This document shows positions 55,829-64,000 of a stretch of DNA of 64,000 nucleotides, one piece after another. Source of the DNA: Thermoplasmatales archaeon SW_10_69_26 (GTDB lineage Archaea > Thermoplasmatota > SW-10-69-26). The notes beneath the pieces are model-generated. The model searched no databases. It was given only the letters and a program-made list of their open reading frames with translations, and was not told where the DNA came from. The stretch covers positions 9,393-73,392 of the forward strand of contig PXUB01000025.1 of NCBI GenBank assembly GCA_003009755.1. Direction: 5' to 3'. Both the position numbers and the translations under genes were made by a program. Within the stretch, counting starts at the first letter, position 1; every line of letters starts with the position of its first letter.

Positions 55829-56857
55829 TCAGAAGTCCACGGTCTCGACGATGCCTTCCTTGATGCGGGGCACGTCGGGCATGTAGGCTTGCTCGCGAGC
55901 GAGCAGCGGGGTCTGCACGTCGGGCGCGGTGACGCGCTTGACGGGCGCCTCGAGGTGCAGCACGGCCTCGTCCATGATGCGGGCGCTGATCTCGGAGGCG
56001 ATGCCGAGCGTGCGGTGGGCCTCCTGCACGACCACGCAGCGGCCGGTGTCTTCGACGCTGTCGACGATCGTCTCGCTGTCGAGCGGGGACACGGTCGGCA
56101 GGTCGATCACGGTCGCCGAGATGTCGTGCTCCTCCTCGAGTTCGGCGACGGCCTGGCGCGTGCGGTAGAGCATGTGGCCGAAGGCGACGACGGTGACGTC
56201 CTCGCCCTCCTCGAGCACCTGCGCAGGCCCGATGTCGGGCAGCTGGTCGGTGTCGACGTCCTCCTCGGGCACGGGCTCGCGGAACTTGCGGTACAGGGCC
56301 TTCGGCTCGAGGAAGACGACCGGATCCTCCGAGCGGATGCTGGCCTTGAGGTAGGCCCAGGTCTGCTGCGGGCTGCGGGGGATGACGACCGTGAGCCCGG
56401 GCGTGTGGATCCAGTACGTCTCGCGGGACTCGCTGTGGTGCTCCAGCGCGCGCACGCCGGCGCCGTAGGGCATCCGAATCGTGACGGGCACGTTCATGCC
56501 GCCCTGGGTGCGCTTGCGGAAGCGCGCCAGGTGGGATTCGATCTGGTGGAAGGCCTGGTAGCTGAACCCGCTGAACTGGAGCTCGGGCACGGGCCGCATG
56601 CCGTTGATCGCGAGGCCGACCGCGGTGCCGATGATGCCGGTCTCGGCCAGCGGCGTGTCGACGACGCGGTCCTCGCCGTACGTCTCGACGAGGCCGTCGG
56701 TGGCGCGGAAGATGCCGCCGTCCCAGCCGACGTCCTCGCCCATGATCATGACGCGGTCGTCGCGCGCCAGCTCCTGGTCGTGGGCCTCACAGATGGCCTC
56801 GACCATCGTCATCTCGCTCGTCTCGACGTCCTGGGTCAGCTGGGTGGCCTTAGCCAT
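55829..56857 (-). CDS. pdhB: Pyruvate/2-oxoacid dehydrogenase E1 component beta subunit.
   Basis: From the internal ATG: MAKATQLTQDVETSEMTMVEAICEAHDQELARDDRVMIMGEDVG.... Transketolase-like pyrimidine and C-terminal domains. 342 aa. Confidence 0.85.
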   Translation of the reverse strand: MAKATQLTQDVETSEMTMVEAICEAHDQELARDDRVMIMGEDVGWDGGIFRATDGLVETYGEDRVVDTPLAETGIIGTAVGLAINGMRPVPELQFSGFSYQAFHQIESHLARFRKRTQGGMNVPVTIRMPYGAGVRALEHHSESRETYWIHTPGLTVVIPRSPQQTWAYLKASIRSEDPVVFLEPKALYRKFREPVPEEDVDTDQLPDIGPAQVLEEGEDVTVVAFGHMLYRTRQAVAELEEEHDISATVIDLPTVSPLDSETIVDSVEDTGRCVVVQEAHRTLGIASEISARIMDEAVLHLEAPVKRVTAPDVQTPLLAREQAYMPDVPRIKEGIVETVDF

Positions 56858-57959
56858 GGTGATCACCCCACACATCGTGGCGGTCCCAGTAGTCGGTGAA
56901 CTCCTCGCGCTGCTGGGCGAGGTAGGGCGGCTCGTCGGAGTAGGCGAAGTCGAACATGTCCTCGGGGTCGCCCAGCTCCTCGGCCTTGTCCTCGAAGGTC
57001 TCGACGGCTTCGGCGATCTCTTCGGTGACCTCCTCCTCGATCGTGTCGTGGTCGCCCTCGTCGAGGACGTCCTTCTCGAGCAGGTAGGTGCGGAAGCGGT
57101 CGATGGGGTCGCGTTCGCGCCACGGCTCGACGTCCTCCTCGTCACGGTACTTGGTCGGGTCGTCGGCCGTGGTGTGAACGTTCATGCGGTAGGTGATCGC
57201 CTCGATCATCGTCGGGCCGTCGCCGGCGCGGGCGCGATCGACGGCGCGCTTGGTGGCGTGGTAGACGCCGAGGATGTCGTTGCCGTCGACCTGGATGCCC
57301 GGCATACCGTAGGCGTGGGCCTTCTGGGCCAGCGTGTCGGAGGCCGTCTGGCGCTCGCGGGGGACGCTGATCGCCCACTGGTTGTTCTGGCAGAGGAACA
57401 CCGTCGGCGTCTCGAAGACGCCGGCGAAGTTCATCGCCTCGTGGAAGTCGCCCTCGCTGGTGGACCCGTCGCCGAAGTACGTGATCGTGACGCGGTCGTT
57501 GCCCTTCAGCTTGGACGCCCAGGCGATCCCGGTGGCGTGGCAGGTCTGGCTGGCGATCGGGATCGCGATCGGGGTCTGGTTCTCCTCGCCGGTGAGCTCC
57601 ATGCCGTGCTCGTACCCGGCGGCGTACAGCAGATCGTCTTCGACCTCGAGACCGCGCCAGAGGTTCGCCGTGAGCTCGCGGTAGCTTTGCACGAACCAGT
57701 CGTCGTCCCGCGTGGCGTAGATGCTGCCCAGTTGGGCGGCCTCCTGGCCGTGGGAGGGCGCGAACGTGCCGATGCGCCCCTGGCGCTGGAGCTTCATCCG
57801 ACGTTCGTCGAACTTGCGGGACTTGACCATGGTCCGGTAGAGGTCGACGAGATCGCTGCTCGGGATCTGGGGTTCGAGCTCCTCGTCGACGTTCCCGTCC
57901 TGGTCGAGGATCTGGATGTACGGGATCTCGGACGGTGTGTCGACCTGTTCGATGGGCAA
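56850..57959 (-). CDS. pdhA: Pyruvate/2-oxoacid dehydrogenase E1 component alpha subunit (TTG start).
   Basis: TPP-binding GDG...N motif (YFGDGSTSEGDFHEAMNFAGVF...LCQNNQWAIS). It overlaps pdhB by 8 nt. No E2/E3 gene is nearby, which is the orphan arrangement common in haloarchaea. Confidence 0.85.
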   Translation of the reverse strand: MPIEQVDTPSEIPYIQILDQDGNVDEELEPQIPSSDLVDLYRTMVKSRKFDERRMKLQRQGRIGTFAPSHGQEAAQLGSIYATRDDDWFVQSYRELTANLWRGLEVEDDLLYAAGYEHGMELTGEENQTPIAIPIASQTCHATGIAWASKLKGNDRVTITYFGDGSTSEGDFHEAMNFAGVFETPTVFLCQNNQWAISVPRERQTASDTLAQKAHAYGMPGIQVDGNDILGVYHATKRAVDRARAGDGPTMIEAITYRMNVHTTADDPTKYRDEEDVEPWRERDPIDRFRTYLLEKDVLDEGDHDTIEEEVTEEIAEAVETFEDKAEELGDPEDMFDFAYSDEPPYLAQQREEFTDYWDRHDVWGDHHG

Positions 57960-58155
57960 ACGATCACCTCAGTGATCGGGAACGGGTTCCTGGGCGGCCC
58001 CCTGCTCCTCGTCGGCGGGTGCGCGTCGTCCGTCCCTGGGGCTCCATCGGCTCCACCTCGTCGAACGTCCGCGAGCAGGCGCGGGGCCGCCTCACAGGTA
58101 CCCGACCGTCGATGGGGCTGGGGTAGAAAAACCCTCCCGTCCGTTGAGGCCCGCG

Positions 58156-58401
58156 TCAGGCCGTCCCGGTCGGGGCCGAGGTCATCGGGGCCGAGTCGCC
58201 GTGCACCTTCTCCCAGAAGTAGTAGGAGCCGACCGCCATCAGGACCGCCAGCGTCAACGAGCCGATCCGTCGCCGCATGATCAGCGGGAACGCGAGACCG
58301 AGCCCGATCCCGATCGCCTTGAACGGCTCGCCTTCGGAGATCCGCTCGCCCACGGTGAGCCCCGTGGCCATCGCGTCGAGGCCGCGCATGAGGGCCTTCA
58401 T
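58156..58401 (-). CDS. Small membrane protein (about 81 aa), hypothetical.
   Basis: From the internal ATG: MKALMRGLDAMATGLTVGERISEGEPFKAIGIGLGLAFPLIMRRRIGSLTLAVLMAVGSYYFWEKVH.... Two TM helices. Confidence 0.35.
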   Translation of the reverse strand: MKALMRGLDAMATGLTVGERISEGEPFKAIGIGLGLAFPLIMRRRIGSLTLAVLMAVGSYYFWEKVHGDSAPMTSAPTGTA

Positions 58402-58890
58402 ACACGATCGAATAGGCGTTGCCTCAGCCAAAAAACCCCCACAAGGCGAGCCTGCGGTCAGGCCGTCGGCGGCCACGCGGCGTACGTCGTGGTCGAGCCT
58501 CGCCGGCCCAGGGTCTCCACCTGGAAGCTCGTCAGCCCGTCGCGCACCTCGGTCTCGGGGAGATCGGTCACGACGAGGAACATCCACCGCGAGCTGCGTC
58601 GGGCCGAGCCCCGTCGTCGAGGCACGGCGAAGCACTCCACGCGGGCCTGCTCGGCGCCGGCTCCCAGCGAGAACTCGATGCTGGCCGCCCGTTCCTTGGC
58701 CGTGATCGCGTCCATCGTCCACGATGGGGACCCCGATCGGTTGTCAATCCCCACCCGGGAGGGGGGTGACCGAACGATCCGGGCTCGTGGCGGGGTAGCA
58801 TGGGTCGAAACCGTCGGCCGTGGTGTTTCGGCAGTGGTCGAGACCCGAACGAGAACAGCTAAGTGTCCGCCGGCAGACGGTGGTTCTCCG

Positions 58891-59472
58891 ATGGCGCCTG
58901 TCGGAACCATGACGGGAGCAAGCACCTCGATGGTGGTCACCTGGCTCGAGGAGCGCCAGGGCTCCCGGTCCGTGGACGCGCTGTTCGACCGTTTGGACGA
59001 GCATCGCGGCCGCGAGGTGTCCCGCCAGGGCGTCCACTCGGCCTCCGAGATCGAGTACGACCTCCACACCGCGATCCTGGAGGAGGTCGCCGACATCGCC
59101 GACGCCGACGACGACCTGCTGCGGGAGATCGGTCGCGACGGCGCCGACAACATCGAGCAGGTCATCCCGGGGGCCGGCACGATCCTCAAGCTGGCCAACC
59201 CCCAACGCCTGCTGAACCGCGCCCGCACGCTTTGGGGAACCTACGCCGACTTCGGCGACGTCGAGGTGCTGGCGATGGACGACGGGAACGCGACGCTGCG
59301 GATCTACGGGTTCCCGAAACACGATCACTTCTGCCGTACGCTGGAGGGCCTGTTCGAGGGCCTCGTCGAGCGCGCCGGCGGCGAGGACGTCGAGGTGCGC
59401 GAGATCGAGCACGACGTCGAGCGCGGCTGCGTGTTCGAGGGCACCTGGACCGACGATTCCGGGTTCTTCTGA
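58891..59472 (+). CDS. Hypothetical cytoplasmic protein (V4R/DUF2378-like).
   Basis: 193 aa from an internal ATG. ...ILKLANPQRLLNRARTLWGTYADFGDVEVLAMDDGNATLRIYGFPKHDHFCRTLEGLFEGLVERAGGEDVEVREIEHDVERGCVFEGTW is a conserved-looking core. Function unknown. Confidence 0.45.
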   Translation: MAPVGTMTGASTSMVVTWLEERQGSRSVDALFDRLDEHRGREVSRQGVHSASEIEYDLHTAILEEVADIADADDDLLREIGRDGADNIEQVIPGAGTILKLANPQRLLNRARTLWGTYADFGDVEVLAMDDGNATLRIYGFPKHDHFCRTLEGLFEGLVERAGGEDVEVREIEHDVERGCVFEGTWTDDSGFF

Positions 59473-59535
59473 GACCGGCCCCTGTCGGACCACCGGTTGG
59501 CCTATAAGCCCCGGCTTGTTTGCCGGTCGTGGTTC

Positions 59536-61272
59536 ATGCGGGGAGCGGACGGATCTGACACGGGCGAGTCAGCCGACCAGATCCCCGACCACCTGTCCGC
59601 CTCCCGGGCTGAGGCGCAGACGCGCGAGGCGGGCGAGGAGACCGAACCGGTCTCCAAGATCCAGCGCACGGTCGAGATCCTGCGCACGCTGCAGGACCAC
59701 AACTTCTTCCAGCTGATCAAGGAGCTCAGCCAGGCCGAGCGCGAGCGCGGCGTGCGCGGGACGGAGCTGCGCGTCCCGGCGGGGGTGCCCGAGCGCATGC
59801 GGCGGTTGCTCGAGGATCTGGGTCCAACGTTCATCAAGCTCGGACAGCTGATGGGCACCCGGCCCGACCTCGTCCCGAAGGCCTTCGCCGACGAGTTCCG
59901 CCACCTGTACGACAAGACGAAGCCGACCCCGTACCGGCAGATCAAGCGCGTCGTCGAGGACGAGCTCGATCGCCCGATCGACGACGTCTTCGCCACCTTC
60001 GAGCGGGAACCGGTCGCCAGCGCCTCGATCGGTCAGGTGCACTTCGCGGAGCTGCAGAACGGCGACCGGGTCGCGGTCAAGGTCCAGCACCCCGGCATCC
60101 ACGAGCGCGTGGCCCGGGACTTCGAGATCCTGGAACCGATCGTGAGCTTCGTCGAGCGCGTGTTCGCCGGCTCCCGCATCTGGCAGCCCCAGGCCCACCT
60201 CGAAGAGATGCGCGTGATGCTGGGCAAGGAGCTGGACTACACCTACGAGGCCCGCAACCACCAGCGCGTCTTCGAGAACTTCGAGGACGATCCCAACGTC
60301 AAGATCCCCGAGATCCACTGGGAGCACTCCGGCCGGCGGGTGCTCACGCTCGAGTACGTCGACGGGATCAAGCTCGAGGATCTCGACGAGGGCGCGATCC
60401 CGTCCCTGGACGGCGAGAGCGTGGCCGAGGTGCTCACCACCTCGATGGCGGAGATGATCTTCGACCACCGGCTGTTCCACGCCGACCCCTCGCCCGGCAA
60501 CGTGTTGATCCTCGACTCGAACACGATCGCCTACCTCGACTTCGGGGCCGTCGGGTACGTCCCCCGCCGCCGCGCCGAGCGCGTGCTCGGCCTGCTCGTC
60601 GGCTTCCAGCGCGACGACCTGGAGATGGTGGCCCAGAACCTCATCGATCTGTGCAACAAGGTCGGCCCCTTCGAGCCCGGCCCGTTCAAGAACGACCTCG
60701 AGCAGATCATGGAGTTCCACGACCGCGAGCGCGCTTCGCCGGGCAACCCCGAGATGCTGGACATGATCATCGACACGGCCGAGGACCACAACCTCCGCCT
60801 GCCGCCGGACTTCATGCTCATCACGCGCTCCCTGTTCCAGTTCGAGGGCATGTGCCGCCGGCTGGACCCCAACTACGAGCTGATCGAGACGCTGGGGCCC
60901 TACATCCAGCAGCGCCTGTTCGAGCGCTACCTGTCCCCCGAACGGCAGAAGGACGCCCTCATCGACATCGGGATCCAGGGCGCCGAGCTCGTGAAGAACG
61001 CGCCCGGCCGCATCAACACGATCTTGCGCAAGCTCGAGCAGGACGAGCTCAGCGTCAACGTGGAGCTGGGCGGCCTCGATGCCTACCAGGAGCACCAGCG
61101 CGGCAACGTGCTGCGCGCCAGCTTGGCCGCCATCACGGCGTCGCTGCTCTTGGCCGTCGCGTTGATCATGGCGCTGGGACGCAGCGGCGAGCTGGGTCGG
61201 TTCGCGCTCGTGGCCGCGATGCTGGTCTTGACCTGGATCTTCGTGATGATCTGGCTCGAGCCCGACGAGTGA
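59536..61272 (+). CDS. ABC1/UbiB-family atypical kinase with a C-terminal TM helix.
   Basis: ...FEREPVASASIGQVHFAELQNGDRVAVKVQHPGI... (ATP-binding Lys), ...HADPSPGNVLI... (catalytic loop), ...IAYLDFGAVG... (DFG). 578 aa. Confidence 0.85.
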   Translation: MRGADGSDTGESADQIPDHLSASRAEAQTREAGEETEPVSKIQRTVEILRTLQDHNFFQLIKELSQAERERGVRGTELRVPAGVPERMRRLLEDLGPTFIKLGQLMGTRPDLVPKAFADEFRHLYDKTKPTPYRQIKRVVEDELDRPIDDVFATFEREPVASASIGQVHFAELQNGDRVAVKVQHPGIHERVARDFEILEPIVSFVERVFAGSRIWQPQAHLEEMRVMLGKELDYTYEARNHQRVFENFEDDPNVKIPEIHWEHSGRRVLTLEYVDGIKLEDLDEGAIPSLDGESVAEVLTTSMAEMIFDHRLFHADPSPGNVLILDSNTIAYLDFGAVGYVPRRRAERVLGLLVGFQRDDLEMVAQNLIDLCNKVGPFEPGPFKNDLEQIMEFHDRERASPGNPEMLDMIIDTAEDHNLRLPPDFMLITRSLFQFEGMCRRLDPNYELIETLGPYIQQRLFERYLSPERQKDALIDIGIQGAELVKNAPGRINTILRKLEQDELSVNVELGGLDAYQEHQRGNVLRASLAAITASLLLAVALIMALGRSGELGRFALVAAMLVLTWIFVMIWLEPDE

Positions 61273-61275
61273 GGC

Positions 61276-62226
61276 TCACCTGGCGTGGGCGCGCAGGTCG
61301 TAGGCGACCTCCTCGCCCTCGCCCGGCTCGTCGAGGCCGACGTCGACCGTGAGGTTGCCCTCCTCGAGGCCGTCCCAGCGGGCTTGGAACCGCTCGGCGC
61401 TGTGCTGGCTGGCCGCAGGCGGCCCGATCGAGGTCCCCTCGCGGGTGAGGTGGGCCGACAAGCGGGCCTGATCGGAGCCGTTCCACGACAGCTCGAGGGC
61501 CAAGCTTTTCCCGTCCTCGGGCACGGTGACCTCGTGCGTGGCGTTGGGCTGGCCGGCCGAAAGCTGGCCCTCGAACGTCTCCGTGCGCGGGCTCGTCTGC
61601 GCCTGGGTCCGGTTGGCGACCTCGCCCGTGCGAGCGTCCACGAACCGCGTCTCCTGGGCGCCCTGGCCGTGGCTGGAGGCGCGCACCTGCCAGCGTGGCC
61701 CCTCGCTCGTGCCGCCGAGCGTGTAGAAGACGGCCGCGTCGCTGGCCGCCACGATGCGATCGGCCGCCTCGCTGTCGTCGAGCAGCCGTTGCACGGCGTC
61801 GGTGCTGTCGATCGAGACGTTGCCGACCGGCTGGGCGCCGGGCCCGGCCGGTTGGGCGCCCTCGTCCATCCAGGCGACCTCGTCGGCACTGACGCGCACC
61901 GATCGCGTCTCGTTGCCCGCGATGAACACCATCACCCACTGGGGGGCGCGCCCGTCGCCGGGCAGCGGGTCGGCGTGCAGCGGGAACGACTCGCGCTGGT
62001 CCCCGGTCCGCTCGCGCTGCATGGCCGGGCTGTCCTCGCCGCCCTCGAACCCGGAGAGCACGAGCAGCTCGGCTTCGTCTTGCCAGTCCCTCACCGTGGG
62101 TTCGGCGCTCTCGAGGGCCTCGCGAGCCGACAACGGCTCGGGCGCAGCGTCCGATTCGCTTGCGCACCCGGCGAGGCCGACGGTGACGACGAGCAGGGCC
62201 AGCCCGGCAGCGACGGTCGCGCGCAT
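61276..62226 (-). CDS. Sec-type lipoprotein, hypothetical.
   Basis: MRATVAAGLALLVVTVGLAGC lipobox. Sequons NETR, NVS, NRT, NAT, NGS, NLT. Confidence 0.5.
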   Translation of the reverse strand: MRATVAAGLALLVVTVGLAGCASESDAAPEPLSAREALESAEPTVRDWQDEAELLVLSGFEGGEDSPAMQRERTGDQRESFPLHADPLPGDGRAPQWVMVFIAGNETRSVRVSADEVAWMDEGAQPAGPGAQPVGNVSIDSTDAVQRLLDDSEAADRIVAASDAAVFYTLGGTSEGPRWQVRASSHGQGAQETRFVDARTGEVANRTQAQTSPRTETFEGQLSAGQPNATHEVTVPEDGKSLALELSWNGSDQARLSAHLTREGTSIGPPAASQHSAERFQARWDGLEEGNLTVDVGLDEPGEGEEVAYDLRAHAR

Positions 62227-62316
62227 CGAGCAGGCGCACCGCGCGGGTGGGCTTGGGTCTTTCGCCCCCGGCCTCGTCACGGGCTAGGTTGAAGACCGCG
62301 GGCGCGATGGAGACGC

Positions 62317-63285
62317 GTGCACCGGCGTCTCGTCCTCGCGCTCGCACTCCTGCTCGCCCCCGTCGCCGGCTGCCTCGGCGGCGACGGGACCGATGCCGCC
62401 ACCGACGGGACGGAGGAGGACACGGCCGAGGACGACACCGAGGGGTTGAGGGTGCCCGGGTGGTCGCTGGGGGACCACTGGACCTACCGGACCGGCGACG
62501 GCGAGGAGCAGACGTGGGCCGTGACCCGGGATGCGGGGAGCGACTGGATCGTGGACACCGACAGCCGGGATGCCGCGTTCTTCGACGCCCGCTCCGACGT
62601 GAGCTTCTTCGGCGAGCGCCGGAAGGCGGATCTGGCCGGCAGCCAAGGGGATGCGAACGTTCGCTTCTTCGACTGGCCGCTCGTCGAGGACAAGACCTGG
62701 ACGACGACCTGGGACGGCGTCGAGCGGGAGATCACGGTCGACCGCATCGAGGACGGCACCGCCTACCTCACCGCCCGCCAGAACGACCGGGTGGCCGTCG
62801 AGTACACCTACGACAGCGAGGCCGGCAACTTCGGGACCTACACGTTCCTCGACGAGAACGGGACCGAGGTGTTCACCGCCGAGCTGGCGGCCAGCGGCGC
62901 CGACTACGGGGGCACGCTCGTCCGCTGGGACCTGACGACGGCCCTCGAGCGCGCCGGCGGCTTCGGCGCCGAACCGGAGAGCTTCGGGTTCGGCTTCGAC
63001 GTGCCCGAGAACGCGAGCGACATCTGGCTGGCCATGGCGATCGATTGCCCCAGCGGCAGCTACGATTTCGGGTTCGAGTCCAGCGACGAGACCGGAGGCG
63101 GCTCGTCCTACGGCGCCTCGGACACGTGCCCGGCGGAGGCCGACGTGGCCGGGCCGGTCGTCGAGGATCCCGCCCCCGGCGAGTACCGCGGCGGGTTCAC
63201 CGGGACCTCGCCCGAGGCCGAGGGGACCTACAGCTTCACGGTGTACGTGCGCACCCTCGTCGAGATCACCGTCGGCGACGGTTGA
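62317..63285 (+). CDS. Tat-type lipoprotein, hypothetical.
   Basis: MHRRLVLALALLLAPVAGC has a twin-Arg plus lipobox. An acidic linker (DGTEEDTAEDDTEG) precedes a beta-rich domain with W/Y-rich repeats. Confidence 0.55.
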   Translation: MHRRLVLALALLLAPVAGCLGGDGTDAATDGTEEDTAEDDTEGLRVPGWSLGDHWTYRTGDGEEQTWAVTRDAGSDWIVDTDSRDAAFFDARSDVSFFGERRKADLAGSQGDANVRFFDWPLVEDKTWTTTWDGVEREITVDRIEDGTAYLTARQNDRVAVEYTYDSEAGNFGTYTFLDENGTEVFTAELAASGADYGGTLVRWDLTTALERAGGFGAEPESFGFGFDVPENASDIWLAMAIDCPSGSYDFGFESSDETGGGSSYGASDTCPAEADVAGPVVEDPAPGEYRGGFTGTSPEAEGTYSFTVYVRTLVEITVGDG

Positions 63286-63373
63286 CCTGTCGACCGTCGG
63301 GGTGTGCCTGAGCGCCAGTGACAGGCGGGGGTTTTCGCTTGCGGTCGAGCACGTCCATCGTGGAGGCTCTCGC

Positions 63374-64000
63374 TTGGCGATCGACCGCGCCGGACCGCTT
63401 GCGGCTTGGGCTTTGGTGCTCGTCCTCGCCACCGTCGCCGCGACAGCGGTCGCCGACCCCCGCGTCGAGGAGCCTCTGGGACCGCCCTCCGTGCCGACGA
63501 TGGCCTCGCTCGGGGACCCCCTCGCGGCCGCGCTCCACGCCGACCTGGGGTCGACGGCAAAGGCGACGCCCGCCGAGCCGACCCCGGCAAGCGACTGCAA
63601 GCCCCACCCTCCGATCGAGATCACCGAGGACCGGGGATCTCGCGGGTTCGTCTCGACGCTGCCGGCCGGCGGAGAGACGCTGCATCGGCCCGGAAGCGGG
63701 GTCGTGGCCGGCAACGGCACCGCCGAGAACCCCTACACGATCGAGGGCTGGTGCATCGTGCCGACGGTTCGCCCCGCCGAGGGCCCACCGGTGCCTCGCC
63801 GTTCCGGCATCACGATCGAGGCCACCAGCGCCCACGTCGTGATCCGCGACACCGTGATCGACGGACGACCGGGCGGTGGGACCGCCCCCGACGACCATCG
63901 CCAACCGGTCGGGATCGAGATCGCGGACGCCGCGAACGTCACGATCGAGGGCAACGAGATCGTGCACAACCGCCGGAACGTGCGCGTCCTCGAGGCCGAC
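63374..64000 (+). CDS. 5' part of a second secreted NosD-like beta-helix protein, paralog of 15624..18980. It runs off the window end.
   Basis: Frame-2 translation (L)AIDRAGPLAAWALVLVLATVAATAVADP... (signal peptide), then ...GSGVVAGNGTAENPYTIEGWCIVPT...GITIEATSAHVVIRDTVIDG...GIEIADAANVTIEGNEIVHN. It aligns to GSGVVDGEGTEDDPYVIEGWCIEG...GIHLADTSAHVIIRGNDL of the other beta-helix protein. The start is a tentative TTG at 63374, or GTG at 63302. Absent from the ORF track because no stop falls inside the window. Confidence 0.6.
   Translation, partial: MAIDRAGPLAAWALVLVLATVAATAVADPRVEEPLGPPSVPTMASLGDPLAAALHADLGSTAKATPAEPTPASDCKPHPPIEITEDRGSRGFVSTLPAGGETLHRPGSGVVAGNGTAENPYTIEGWCIVPTVRPAEGPPVPRRSGITIEATSAHVVIRDTVIDGRPGGGTAPDDHRQPVGIEIADAANVTIEGNEIVHNRRNVRVLEAD

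Noticed and set aside
1-64000. CRISPR arrays, rRNA genes, and reverse transcriptase, retron or DGR elements.
   Set aside because: No direct-repeat/spacer periodicity was seen. There are no rRNA-like conserved stretches. There are no RT motifs (YxDD) in any convincing ORF.

Overview
This is a 64-kb chromosomal segment of about 70% GC from an archaeon, most likely Halobacteria or a close relative. The archaeal calls rest on an S15 of archaeal type (uS15), a KEOPS Pcc1, an archaeosine tRNA-guanine transglycosylase with a PUA domain, PilA-type pilins with class III signal peptides, and a type III RuBisCO next to an AMP phosphorylase. The Halobacteria-like call rests on an HTH_10 (Bat-like) regulator, an orphan pyruvate dehydrogenase E1 alpha/beta pair, an ISH4-like insertion sequence, and many N-glycosylation sequons.

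Coding density is high and mixes housekeeping genes with accessory genes. Housekeeping genes include rps15, a DHH/RecJ-like protein, serS, valS, tgtA, nadA with a nadB-like gene, sod, aminopeptidase N, agmatinase, and stomatin with NfeD. Accessory content includes two or three toxin-antitoxin-like pairs beside a tandem pilin pair, and a dead ISH4-like insertion sequence. It also includes several very large secreted surface proteins: a vWA protein, an FG-GAP propeller, NosD-like beta-helix proteins, an LVIVD lipoprotein, and a WD40/FN3/TSP3 protein.

No CRISPR array, rRNA gene or convincing tRNA gene was found by eye. The ORF track treats GTG and TTG as start codons, so several first M residues are really GTG or TTG.

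The most unusual items are:
- a NAD-kinase-like domain with a degenerate GGDG motif fused to a winged helix, sitting in a NAD-biosynthesis cluster;
- a wHTH-FHA regulator between a hemerythrin and an HTH_10 gene;
- a RuBisCO gene followed co-directionally by two secreted adhesin-like giants;
- apparent frameshifts in serS and in a gene next to a decayed insertion sequence;
- an in-frame TAG inside a CPBP protease gene;
- a valS with HIGH changed to HIGA.

I cannot tell real pseudogenes from sequencing indels without external data.
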